A stretch of 64,000 bases of DNA from Octopus sinensis (lineage: Eukaryota). The stretch is from NCBI RefSeq assembly GCF_006345805.1, contig NC_043005.1, forward strand, positions 15,314,001 to 15,378,000, given 5' to 3'. A program made the translations under genes and the position numbers. Numbering within the stretch: the first letter of the stretch is position 1; each line of letters starts with the position of its first letter. A model generated the notes under the pieces. It saw only the letters and a list, made by a program, of their open reading frames with translations. It was not told the origin of the DNA and searched no databases. Positions 24,615 to 37,048 of this stretch are shown here, piece after piece.

Positions 24615-24969
24615 AACCAAATAGGTATTTTCACAGCCATTGTAGTTCATCATCTTGAACTGGCTGAAAAATAATAAAAAAATCACAAACCCCACCTCAT
24701 CTTATTGCTTAATGAGAAAACTATAAAATATCTGTAAAAACATCAGTTATATACATATGTATGCTAAAGGAAAGGTTTTAATACTACCAGGCTTACCTGG
24801 AAAGCATTGGCTCATTATCAGAAGAATATATTGTTGTTTGGTTTTATCACTGGATCCTAAATATAATTAGTTAAATGCTCATAATGATGATCATAAAGCT
24901 TTGCTCTCTGATTCAATAACATTACATGGTTTCCTTGATAGAAACAAGATGAATTCAGCAGAGATCATC

Positions 24970-25250
24970 ATTTAATGTCCATGTTCCATGAAAGTAGAGG
25001 TTAGATAGTTTGACAGGATCTGAAGAGGCCAACGGCTGCATTGTGCTCTAATGTCTGCTTTGACATGGTTTCTATGCTTGGATGCCTTTCCTAATGCTAA
25101 CCACTTTACAGTATAGACTGGGTGTTTTTTCCATCCCACCAACACAAGTAAGGCCATCATGCAGTGTGCAAAACCACAAACCTCAAGGAGGTAGTTTTAT
25201 GCTAAGAAATGAGGGGCAAATGATAGGTAAAAGTAAGAAAGGAAATTGTA
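24970..25250 (-). mobile_element. Old family C element
   Basis: catttaatgtccatgttccatg..ggatgcctttcctaatgctaaccactttaca. Confidence 0.7.
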
Positions 25251-27079
25251 AGAGAGGAAATTCAAAGCGAGATTTTATATAATTAAGGTAACAGACAATA
25301 AAAAGCAGTGCTAGTTAGAAGCAAGTGTATGGCAGTATGGTTAAGAAATTTGCTTTGGAACAACATTGCTTCAGGTTCAATCTCACAGTGTGGAAGCCCT
25401 TCAAGGGACCATTTCCATTTTTGAGTTATACTATATACATAACCTGGCACTTGATCTTCAGTACCGTCAGTGAAGTCCACTGTTGCAAACAGTTCAGGTG
25501 AAGACGCCATTCTAAAGATGATGTCATCTCTTCCTTATTTGTATTAATTTTGAAAATAATGAATTTAGTAAAATAACTTAGATTATTAAAGTGGCATTTG
25601 GAACATAAATAAATTTGGATGGAAGGTTTTAATTTAGATCTTTTCATAGAAATTAGAATCATGGAACCAGGAGCAATCTCAGGTTGGTATCGAAAGGGTT
25701 AAGCAAGGTATTTAACACTAGTAGGTGTGATTTGAGAGACTTCTGATAGCTATTTCTAGTAGATTGAGTGACTACACAGAGGCAGTTCCACTGACTGCCA
25801 AACAACAAACTTAGTTAAATAGTGATATAACTAATACCCGAAGAACTAATGGTAACAATAGCTGGAATTATAGTGTAACATATTTCTCAGTTTACTGCCT
25901 CGAAAATGCTTATGGAAAGGACCGACTAAATGATGCACATTTAATAACAGAAAAGCTGTAATGGAAAAAAGGCTGAGTAGGTAAAGAACTTGAGCATTGA
26001 AAAGATACTGGCTAATGTATACTGCAAAGACAATTATTCTAGTAGAAGTGGACCAAAAAAAAAAAAAAGTCACATTTTTTTGTACAAAGCCTCTATAAAA
26101 ATACAAGGCTAATATTTCATCGTTATTACAATCAGCCACTACTATAGATGATGAATCATGCAAGCACATATTGCATACAAGGTGTATGCCATATTGAATA
26201 AATTACCAGATTTTTTTTTTTTTAATGTATGGAAAGTAAAGCGAACTAAGATATTCTAAGCCTGGTCTTTTCAGTTGACAGGCTGGCTGTAAACATGTCA
26301 TATGATCAGTGGTGAGAGTGATACAAGTGGATGGGTAGGGAGTGGTTGGAAATAGGGGTGAGAGGGAGTGATGGCAAAATCTGAAAGGAACCAATGTAGA
26401 TGAATAAGGAAACATAAAGGAATGAAGGTCAAGAGAGAAAAAGAAAAGTTTTATTAGGAATTGTCTTGTCAGGCAGTAAATATATTGAAGAGACAAGTAT
26501 AAAAAGGTAAAATTTTAACCCATCAAACACTGTCATAATGGTTAACTACTGAAATGCAGGCAAAATGTAGAGGCAGTATACCTTTCTGGTATCAGTGGGG
26601 ACAAATGAATCTAGCTTTGACAGCTTTTGAATATAAAAGTTATAGAATTTGCAGGAGTTTATTGATCAACTGAAGAAATTTTCTGTATCAGAGAAAGTCA
26701 CGAGAGAAAGCAAGAGAAAAAAGTCTCACTGGAAATGTTAAACAAAAAGGAATATAGAGAGAAGCAGGTTCTATATAAAGAGATGTAGTAAAACCGTTAT
26801 ACTGGATCACCGACCAGAGGATTAGTGACTGTGTTGTAATTGCTTGATTTGAAGATTGAAGGCTACCAAAATGTCTTTTAATCCATCATTTAAACGGTTC
26901 TCTTGAAGGGAGCTATTGTTTGACCTATGTTAAAAACCCAAGATATTACAGAAATATCACAGGATGTAGGAGAAATGTTGACACAGTAGAAGCAGGATCT
27001 TTCTGGCATCAGTAATGATGAAGAATTAAATTTTGAGAGATTTTAAACTGATTTTAAGTTTTCCAATAATTTCGTAATT

Positions 27080-27354
27080 CCGTTGCCAGCGCCACCCCAA
27101 CTGGCCTCCGTGCCGGTGGTACGTAAAAAGCACCGTCCGTCCGTGGCCGTTTGCCAGCCTCACCTGGCACTGTGCGGGTGGCACGTAAAAAGCACCCACT
27201 ACACTCACGGAGTGGTTGGCGTTAGGAAGGGCATCCAGCCGTAGAAACACTGCCAGATCAGACTGGGCCTGGTGCAGCCTTCAGGCTTCCCAGACCCTAG
27301 TTGAACCGTCCAACCCATGCTAGCATGGAAAGCGGACGCTAAATGATGATGATG
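27080..27354 (+). mobile_element. Young family C (RTE-tail) element
   Basis: CpG-rich, with duplicated ggtggcacgtaaaaagcacc motif and (GAT)n tail; close to 47881-48096 and 44467-44614. Confidence 0.9.
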
Positions 27355-27485
27355 TTTAATTTTTGATGTGCTTTGATGACTTATTTAACTTGCTTTAATG
27401 AATGATATTAAATATACATAATAAGTAGGTGTTCACCAAAGCTTTGCTCAATGCTCTCCACTCTAGCATTTGAGTTTGGCTCAGA

Positions 27486-27700
27486 ATCATTATCATTTAA
27501 TGTTCCATGCTGGCATAGGCTGGAGTGACGGAATCCAAAGAGCTCAAGGACTGCATTGTACTCCTGTATCTGCTTTGGCAGGATTTCTATGGTTGAATGC
27601 CCTTCCTAACACAAACAACTTTACAGTTTTTGCTGGGTGCTTTTTTGTGCCACCAGCATGAGTGAGGTTGTCATATACTTTGCAAGACACTGGATCCTGT
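27486..27700 (-). mobile_element. Older family C element, inverted relative to 27080-27354
   Basis: tcatttaatgttccatgctggcatagg..gaatgcccttcctaacacaaac..gggtgcttttttgtgccacc. Confidence 0.75.
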
Positions 27701-27816
27701 GGGAGTATTTTCATGCTGGGAAATAAACACAAAATGGGTAAAAGCATGAAAAAAGGGGCTAGAGCAGAACAAGTTGCTTTCTGTAGAAGAACCGTACGAC
27801 TACTTGTATTTCAGAG

Positions 27817-28142
27817 CAGTGATTCTCAACCAGAGTCCATATAAGATTTTTGGGGGTCCATGCAACAAAATCGCAAATTGGGAATCCACAATATTTTAAG
27901 GGCCCCTGAAAAAAATTTGCTTTAAATATATGTATTGGTGTGTATTGCATGAAACAGCTAGGTTTCTTACTCTAACATTTTACATAGTCCAACCTACACA
28001 AGTTAGTGCGTGAAAAAAACAAAACTTTGAAAAGTTTCTATAAAACTAGTTTTTAGACATCGAATAGCTATGGTGGTGGTGATAGGGCATCAGAATAAAC
28101 TAGTAATAAAGGGGTCCATAGGTAAAAATGGTTGAGAATATG
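27817..28142. mobile_element. hAT-type MITE
   Basis: TIR cagtgattctcaacca / tggttgagaatatg; degenerate 8-bp TSD tttcagag / ttttagaa (6/8). Confidence 0.7.
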
Positions 28143-28741
28143 TTTTAGAAGAAAGAGTGAGAGTGTTTGAGTGAAGCTGGGGAGTGATGAGGTGACTGAC
28201 GAAGATGACTGACAATAAAATAATGAAGAAGCAGTAAACAGGAGGACAAAAAAGGGATGTGGAGTAGGTTACAGGAGTGGGTGGAGGTAGAGTGAGGCAG
28301 GTGCAGTGCATGAGAAAAGTAAAAGATGTACATTCTTACTACAGAATAGAATCATCATCATCATCGTTTAACGTCCGTTCTCCATGCTAGCATGGGTTGG
28401 AGCATGGAGAATGGACGATTGGAATCATCCAATCTAATCTGTCTGGTACAAAACTTGACTGAACCTGTTCACCTTTCCATGAAAGTACATATGCTTGCAC
28501 AAATTCACAAACAGGCATTCTAGAGTTTCTTTTAATCCACCCTAGTTTTAGTTTTTATGAATGGTTCCTTAAATTTTTAGTAATCAATTTTTGACATTGT
28601 TGAATAAATCAGGTGGCAGTGATTACCACTTAATAAGGAGGAAGAACTATTTAAGTCTTATTTCGAATGTAGAGTATGCTTTATAGACATTTTAAGAATT
28701 TGAGAGTTGCAAAGAAATTATTCAGTTGCTAAGGTAGAATT

Positions 28742-29128
28742 GGGAAGCACTGTCAGTTACGACGACAAGGGTTCCGGTTGATCCGAATCAACGGAACAGC
28801 CTGCTCGTGAAATTAACGTGTAAGTGGCTGAGCACTCCACAGACACGTGTACCCTTAACGTAGTTCTCGGGGATATTCAGTGTGACACAGAGAGTGACAA
28901 GGCCGGCCCCTTGAAATACAGGTACAACAGAAACAGGAAGTAAGAGTGAGAGAAAGTTGTGGTGAAAGAGTACAGCAGGGATCACCACCATCCCCTGCCG
29001 GAGCCTCGTGGAGCTTTAGGTGTTTTCGCTCAATAAACACTCACAACGCCCGGTCTGGGAATCGAAACCGCGATCCTATGACCGCGAGTCCGCTGCCCTA
29101 ACCACTGGGCCATTGCGCCTCCACACAG
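28742..29128 (-). mobile_element. Young tRNA-derived SINE (tRNA-Arg-like head), distinct family
   Basis: Head GGCGCAATGGCCCAGTGGTTAGGGCAGCGGACTCGCGG..GGTTTCGATTCCC with A and B boxes; 12-bp TSD taaggtagaatt (28730-41, 29129-40). Confidence 0.9.
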
Positions 29129-29950
29129 TAAGGTAGAATTAAAACCAAACTGACCAGAAGATGTTTATCCTATCATGATAATGTCCTATCTCTTTGGCAA
29201 ACAGACCTAACTTATATGCCAATATTTTTACAGATTAGCTACTAGAGCTTACAAAAGGGAAACAGGCTGACTGCTAAAGATTAAAATCATGGAACACCAT
29301 GGAACACCAGAGAGCTATGGGATAAAGTTTATGTTATTGAAAAAGATCCACAGCAGAAATTACAGGGCAAAAAGACAGTATATATAGAGTGATAGTTAAG
29401 AAGCCAATTAGAAAATCTCTCACTTTAGTCCAGTTCTATATGGTTGATAGGAACAAAAAAGAGTTTAAAATATCTTCTCAACTGATACATTTATATTACT
29501 TGTCTAGTACCGTGGACATGTATGAGGTTACAAAGAACTGTATCAGACCTGTCCAACATAGTATAATTTACTAACAGGTGCAATGGGACCGGTGAACTAT
29601 AACTGACAAGTGTTCCATTAGTTTGTACTGTTGAGTTCAAATCATCATATGGGCGGCTGGAGAGAAGATAAAAAAATTGTCCAAGAAATGCAACCCATAC
29701 CCCACTACAAGTCCTATAAAATCTTCCAGAGGGTTACAAAAAGTGAAATATAAAAATAGGGAGAGACGGCATTATACATACAACAGTCATATTTACTATA
29801 CTCCGTTAATTAAAGAAAAAGGCAATTATTGACGAAATATATTTGGTATAATTAAGGAATGACAACTGCTTACTATTGCCAATGTTCCTGTAGTTAATGT
29901 GACAATAAACAATGACATAAGATGTGTGTGTATATATATATATATATTAC

Positions 29951-30018
29951 CGTTCCATTAATCTTTCTTTATCCCAATTAAAGTGGTTCAAAAGAATTCT
30001 TGTTATTGTTGCAGGTAT
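29951..30018 (-). CDS. ARIH1: ARIH1 exon 2, UBA-like domain (IPATITRILLNHFNWDKERLMER), 68 nt
   Basis: Acceptor ctttatag, donor CG|GTAATA, phase 0 to 2. Not in the ORF track; found by searching for the W-D-K-E motif. Confidence 0.95.
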
Positions 30019-32285
30019 CTATAAAGTAAAAAGAAAAAGCTTGACAAAAACTTTTGTAAAAAATTCTATTCATATATATTTTTTTTTCACCTGAACAAGG
30101 TAATAATAAATTTAGTAAACAATTTCAAGATGTTGCCTCTAAAAGGATTCTTGATCAACATTGGTCAAATGAGTTGAAATTCACTATATAGGAGATGAAT
30201 TTCAAATACATAGCAAAGTGGTACCTTATATAGTGAATTTGTAATATGCTGAAAAAAATTTTTAAATCACAAAATGGGAAGCCACTAACTAAATAATGGT
30301 CTTTGCTAAGTTAGACATGGAATTGTCCAAATATTTTCTCTTTTTAACGAGCATCATAAATATTACAAATCATGTGTTCAAATCATGACTACCTGTCTTT
30401 TCCAAACACAGAAGCATAGAGTATCCAGAACATTTTTAATTCCGTATCTTTTATTTTATTAATCTGAAAGATTTGACGGCTCCTATTTCTAGTCAGTTAA
30501 TCATTGGTATTGTGGCTGTTGTCAGCTAATTACAGCTTGTTTTGAAAGGGTAGCTGTAGAGAAAGAGTTTTTTTTTTTCAAGCATCTCCATCCCAAAACA
30601 AATTTACATGATGTGAAAATATAGAGCACAGATTGACAATGAAGCTATCTAAAACCATCCTTAACATTCAGATGTATTCAGGAATGTTGGTCTGTGAATT
30701 CTTATAAAGTACTAACATTGAGGTAAACCTGCAGTAAACTGTTTCACATCCCAGATTTGATTTTGAACTTAAGAATTTAACCATAGTCTAAAGCCTTAAG
30801 AAGGTTAAATTCAACTTGGCTGAGTTACACTAGGTTTACTATATTAAGAAAATGTTTTATTTTATAGATGTCACAAGTTACAAGACATCTTCCTTTTTAT
30901 CAAGCATTTTGGCTTTTAAAATCATAATTGTTAATGTTCTTATTTGTTTACCAGAGATTTCTTGCTGCTGGTTGACTTAAGGAAATTAATTCTATAAAAG
31001 GCAAAAAAAGAAGAAAAAGGATCTATTCCAGCAAGACCTGGGAACATGAAAACTGAATACAAAAACATGCAAGAAATCCAAATTGAAAAAATATTTCTAT
31101 CTCTGGCAGAATAAAAAAAAAATTATCAGATATGGAAAATGATAAATCCCACAGAATAACTTTTCACCAAATAGTAACAATTTTACCCTTACAATAGAAT
31201 TATTACTTAAAAGTGCTTCAACCAATTGCTCAATCTGTTTAAAATATTTAGTCCAACTAAGAGGGAGTAATGTCCATATCCTAGACTGATACAGTTGATT
31301 TTTATCTTGGAATTCTGCAAAAATTACACTGAAGTTGGGAAAGTGGCATTGAAATTATTTGTACATGCAGAAGTGATTACAACATTTCGTGGAAATGTGA
31401 GAAATTGGCTAATATTAAAAGCAATATCAGTAAATGTTGAAAAGTAACCATGACAGAAGTCATTTCTAAGAAGACTTTGGAGAAATTTTTGATAGACTGC
31501 ACACATGTTAATACTTGTTTGAAAAATATAAGAAATACTATTATTGCATATCTGTCCAAAAGTAGTCATTGATATTAGAATTAATTATAAGAGGAGCAGT
31601 AACAATGAATATTGAATGTCCAGCTAGACTGATAAAATCAATATAGATTGTTAGTAGTACAAGAGATTAGTTTGTATAAAATTTCAATGGAAATAAACAG
31701 AGAATTTAGTTGATAAATTTCTTTCTCTTATACAGTTCCTAAATAACCTAACACTATGCAAAATTATGTTCACTGCACTGCTATTTAAGTCCACTTTCAG
31801 AGTCTTATTTTGCACTTTTAGAGGTCAAAAGATACCTTGTGATCAGAAGTTAAAGGCTTTAAAAAAAACAAAAAGTATCCCAGGAATGAAACATGAAAAA
31901 ACAAGAGTACAAAGGAGCTAATTTCACACTGTAGCACAGGGGAAGAAAAAAAAAAAACAGAAGAATGTTCAATGTTTTAGACCTTGCTCATCATAAACAA
32001 AATAGAATACAAAGTATATCTGACAATGATAAAGGAAAGTAACAGAACCACAGTATGAATCTGCTAATGACTTACTTTTTAAAAAACATCAAGATATTTT
32101 GCTTTGCTCTATCAATATTTAGAGAGCAAGAATCTACTAAAATTAATTGCTATATCAATATGGCTTTTGACTGAAAAGGCTAGGACCAAACAATGTTGAT
32201 TTTGTAGTAGATCATGCAGAGTTAGGTCTGTTTTTTGTTTTCTCTTTCCTTAAACTTTAATGTTATTATTTTACATGAATATACC

Positions 32286-32515
32286 TATATCTTTACTGCC
32301 CACAAGGGGCTAAACACAGAGAGGACAAACAAGGACAGACAAATGGATAAGTCGATTATATCAACCCCAGTGTGTAACAAGTACTTAATTTATCAACCCT
32401 GAAAGGATGAAAGGCAAAGTCGACCTCGGCGGAATTTGAACTCAGAACATAACGGCAGACGAAATACGGCTAAGCATTTTGCCTGGTGTGCTAACGTTTC
32501 TGCCAGCTCGCCACC
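32286..32515 (-). mobile_element. Family B Nin/Deu-domain SINE, full length
   Basis: 17-bp TSD ttttacatgaatatacc (32269-85, 32516-32). Confidence 0.93.
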
Positions 32516-32599
32516 TTTTACATGAATATACCATCATATAAAACATTTGCAGAGATTAACCTAAATCAAAGCAACAGGAGTCAAAAATGAAGATTAGCT

Positions 32600-33360
32600 T
32601 TAATAGAGTGTACCCAATGATTGTTTCATCATTAATAGTCACAAGAACAATAAGAGATGTACTAGATAGAGACAATTACAGCAGACTCCAAATGATGAAC
32701 CAAATCTGAAAAGTAGCTACGAAAATGTAATCAAAGTTCATTTAGAATAGAGTTAAGATGAAGTTTTGAAGCACATCAAAGTGTGGAACTATGTCATTTT
32801 ACTAGTGAAACAAACAAAAAGTAAAGCTCTTAAATAAGAATGAACCACACTATCTTGCATTTGTTGATCTGAAGAAGGCCTTTGATAGAATCCCTCCCTC
32901 TGTGCTCTGGTACTAAGAAAACTAAGCAAAGACAAGTGACTTGCAAGAGCTGTGCAAAGTTTTGTACAAGGACACTGTTTGCCATGTCAATCATTTGAGG
33001 AGGAATTGAGTGTACTATGTCCACCATTTTCCCCACCCCTTCATTCATTGTGGCCCTTAATAATACAAGTATTTATCTTTGGAAACATTTACACACTGAA
33101 GACTAAATTCTCAAAGTTGAATCTGTCACAACTACAGACGAATGCTTAAAACCTGAAAGCATGGTCTGGGATTCAAAGGTCAACAGGTTAAGGACTACAA
33201 TGCTAGTTAATCCCAGGGTTATCCGGGAAGACTTCCATACGAAGCCTTGCTTCATATAGAAACTCATGCTGTGTAATCGTTGCAAATAATGAACACAGAA
33301 AAGATGCAACAAGATTTCTAACAGGCTGACAGAGAATCTGGACTTCCAAAGTGTTAGATG
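32600..33360 (+). mobile_element. Degraded RTE LINE RT fragment
   Basis: YLAFVDLKKAFDRIP at about 32850 and later motifs homologous to 22730-24614. Confidence 0.75.
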
Positions 33361-33672
33361 CACTAGAAGCATTTAACAGTAAGAACAATAATAAAATGAC
33401 GTTTATGAACTGCTAAAATGGTTTGTTATAGCAGTATCATGATCAACTGTTGCAAGAACAAATGAGAAGCATTGGAGAGAGGTAGTTACAGTGGACTTAA
33501 ACTAATTCCAACAGGAAGAGGATGTAACAAAAGTATAATAGCCAGAGTAATGAAGAGGAGAAAAGAAGCAAGTGTGGGTTATACTCTTTGCGTAAAAGTT
33601 AAATGCAAGGTGGTGAGTTGATGGACACTGAATAGAAGAGGATGGAGAATAATACAGCAGATATGACATTAA

Positions 33673-34188
33673 CCCTTTAGTGTTCGCATTATTCTGCCAA
33701 AATTAATGCTTCTTCATCCACTTTGTTTTGAACTAATCATTTTTATCTAGTTTCAGCTCACGAGCTGTGGCCATGCTGGGGCACTGCCATTTGGTGTTGC
33801 TACATGATTTTACTTCACGAATGCTTTCTAGCAATTGCCATTTGGTGCATGAGAGTTCAATGCAGCTGCCCTTATCTGCACCTCCTGCCGTGACACCTGA
33901 GAGGAAGAGATCCAGATTTTAAAGACATCTGCATCCACCCCATGCAGGTCTCTCAGGTTCTTCGGGAGGATATTGAAGAGCTGTGGGCCTCTGAAGCCCA
34001 GGCTATCACAGTATCTTGTCCTACATCTTGATGGCAAATTATCTCGTAGCTATGAGATTTCAATGAGGTAGCTGATAATTTCTAAAACAATATTGTAGGG
34101 TTGGTGTGAGAGACCAGTTCTGTCCAGTTTGAACATAAAACAGGCAGAATACTTTTGGCCAGATATGGCCGGTTTAAATGCTAAAGGG
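33673..34188. mobile_element. piggyBac-type MITE interrupted by a LINE 3' end
   Basis: TTAA|CCCTTTAG ... CTAAAGGG|TTAA (TTAA at 33669-72 and 34189-92). Confidence 0.8.
33740..34036 (-). mobile_element. 5'-truncated CR1/L2-type LINE 3' end nested in the MITE
   Basis: SLGFRGPQLFNILPKNLRDL..DVFK (RT C-terminus) followed by a 3' UTR ending ccagcatggccacagctcgtgagctgaaactagataaaaa. Confidence 0.75.
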
Positions 34189-34799
34189 TTAAATGTTGAA
34201 TGTGCTGTTAATTTGAATGAGAAGTTAAGCACAAGAGAGTAGCTAGATGTTAAAGGCATCAGTCACACGAGGCAACCTCAATTGTTATACACATGTGATA
34301 TTTAAAGTTAATGGGTGATTGGTAAAAAAGATGTCATATGTTGATGGAAGATACCAAAGAAAGAGAAAGACAAAGAAATGAAATTAGATCTCATGATATT
34401 AGGATACACATAAGAGGTGACAAGACAATATGCTATATGGTGAACCTAGCCAACCCATAATGATGGCTTTATAATTAGCTGCTTGTGTTAATACTTAACT
34501 ATTGTTCTAGAGAAAATGTTATTACTGATTATTATTTAAATAGTTTTAACATTTTAATCTGCAGTATTTTCAGTTTCCACAACATAGATTTTATTCCTTT
34601 ATTAACCCTAGGTCTTTATTGGTTGATGCATCTTTAATTAGGCACAAGGAAGCATTTTGTTTCTTTCCATCTTACAAAGTCTAACATTAGTTAAATGAAA
34701 ACGTGAAGAATTAACAGATATTATAGCCAGAAACATCATCTAAAAAATGAAAAAAAAATTTAGTCTTCAGCAATATTACTGTGCTAAAATTTTGTTTTT

Positions 34800-35520
34800 A
34801 ATTCAGACACAAGACCAGAAATTTTGAGAGGAAGGGTTAGTTGATACCATCAACCCCAGTACTTGACTGGTAGGTTATCATTTCCAAAAGGCAAAGTTGA
34901 CCTCGCCAGGGTCTGAGCCAAGCGAGCTGGAAAAATACTGTAAAGCATTTCAGCTGACTCACTAAAAATTCTTTTTAATTTTGGCACAAGGCCTGCAATT
35001 TTAGTGAAGGAGAGGTTAGTCAGTTACATCAACCCCAGTACTTGTTCAATCCTTTTTCAACCCCCAAAATATTGGTGTGACCTTAATGGTATTTGAACTC
35101 ATGACATTAAGAGCTGGAAGAAGTGCTGATAAGGGTTTGACACACAATTCTGCCAGTTTGCCACCTTAATGAAGATGATTTCATTACATTGACACAGCTT
35201 CACAATAGATGCAATACTCATTCCTAGGACTTGATTAGTACTTATTTATCAACAAGTAAAAGTCAACTGACTGGATCACAAGTCAAAATGTAAAGGGACA
35301 TTAACTTGATAGTGCAAAACATTCCACAGGGCCCTTTACTGATCCTACCATTCGGTGTTAATATTAATGATGATTTCTAACTTAAGCGCAAAACTCGAAA
35401 TTTCAGTGGAGTGTATATTCAATTATATCGACTTCCTGTACTTAGCTGATCCCAAGAGGATGAGAACAAACTTGACCTTGAAAGCACATAAGTAAATACC
35501 ACAAGTTCAACTGCTACTAT
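34800..35520 (-). mobile_element. Cluster of three old family B-like SINE remnants, same orientation
   Basis: Repeated cacaag..aatttt..atcaaccccagtacttga..gttgacct pattern at about 34805, 34980 and 35380. Confidence 0.6.
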
Positions 35521-36827
35521 CTACCATCCAATAATAATAATAATAATGAAGTTGTATGTCAGCTTTGTTCTATATGTTTTCTTTTACCTTACCTTTTCAT
35601 CTTGTCACTATTAACCACAAGCCAGTCAATTCACATTTGTATATTTATAAACACCACACCTGGCTATTTAGAAAATTTAGTAAAATGCCCCATTACTACT
35701 AGTCAGTTGCTTTTCTGAACACAGGACATTCTACTAAAATGTCAGAAACACCAAATCAAACACCCTGGGCATTGACATTGCTTTGAAACCAGAACTTATT
35801 AAGAATGCCTAATATACTAAGTTTTTGTACTTCCTTGTTCTTTTAAGATACGAATGTTTATCGAACATTGAAAAGAACAAGATGCAATTGATGGATCAAT
35901 TAAAACTATAGGCTTAAATGATATTCCTTTATGATTGCATACATGTGTGAGAAATGTCAGATAATGCTAGTTTCATAAGACTAAAAACATGTGACCTTTT
36001 GCTGAGGATAGTTGTTATAAAAATTTAACTTTGCATCAGGTGACATTTATGAAAGTCAAACACTTTTGTGTGAAAATAAAATTGGAATATTGTATAAATA
36101 GAATATTTCTCCCAAGATGAAAGTATGGACAAGAGAAAAAAAAACAAAAAAACTATTTAAAATGTAATACAAAATACTAACATCTGTTTTTTTTCACATG
36201 CCCATGCAAGCAGGGGAAAAAAATATAAGAAGCCAAACATACAAATAATAATGATAATAATGAAACAAAGAAACAATTGCTGATGGACTGATGGTTCATA
36301 CTGATGCTGTACTATGTCTCTGAACTCACAATGGTCCAATTCAATGCATATGGTTGCCCCGGGGAGGTACAGAATGTTGATGCTGTAGCAGGAGCATTAT
36401 GTAATTGCCAAGTACTTTGTTAGCAAGAAATTTTCAGTGCAAATCGACTCCACTGCTAAAAACTACAATGGACTTCTCTTACCAAGAGAGAAAAGGATCA
36501 AAACCAGTATTTTGTGACAGATCCAGATGTAAAAAGAAACTAAGAAGAATACTTATATTCAAATGATTCAGCCATACACTAAAATAAGTAGAATAAAATA
36601 GATAAATTAAACATCTTCAGGTGGGAGAAGAAATCAACACTTGTATTACCTTGACCATAATTTTATTTAACAATCTAACTTATTGAAAATTACTTAGTGT
36701 ATATGAAATACATATCACTAGTTCACTTAGTTGTGTCACCTATGTTTGTCACCTGCTATGTAAGTAACCTGTTAAAAAGAGGTTTTGACAATGAAACCCA
36801 AATTACAACTTCTCTCAGTAAATTTAA

Positions 36828-37048
36828 CCCTTCAGTGACCATATACCTAGTATGTTTCAAACATACTATGCCCATATGTTTCAAACAATTTTGAAAAATC
36901 GCGAAGAATTTGAATAGTAAAATAACTTGTACAAAATTAATATGGCGTTTGTAAGTAAATAGGCTCTGGTGAAAATGTAATGGAAAGAGGTAATTTAATT
37001 GTGAAAATGATAAAACAACTAATCCCATATAGATTGGCATGAAAAGGG
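36828..37048. mobile_element. About 220-bp piggyBac-type MITE (family of 17366-17585)
   Basis: TTAA|CCCTTCAGTGACC ... GGCATGAAAAGGG; same length and similar interior. Confidence 0.6.

Noticed and set aside
29040-29125. tRNA-like sequence on the minus strand
   Set aside because: It is the head of a TSD-flanked SINE; no complete acceptor stem or cloverleaf.
35593-35665. Cryptic exon candidate with AAG|GTAAGG donor in intron 1
   Set aside because: Ambiguous acceptor, and such donors are expected by chance in 26 kb.
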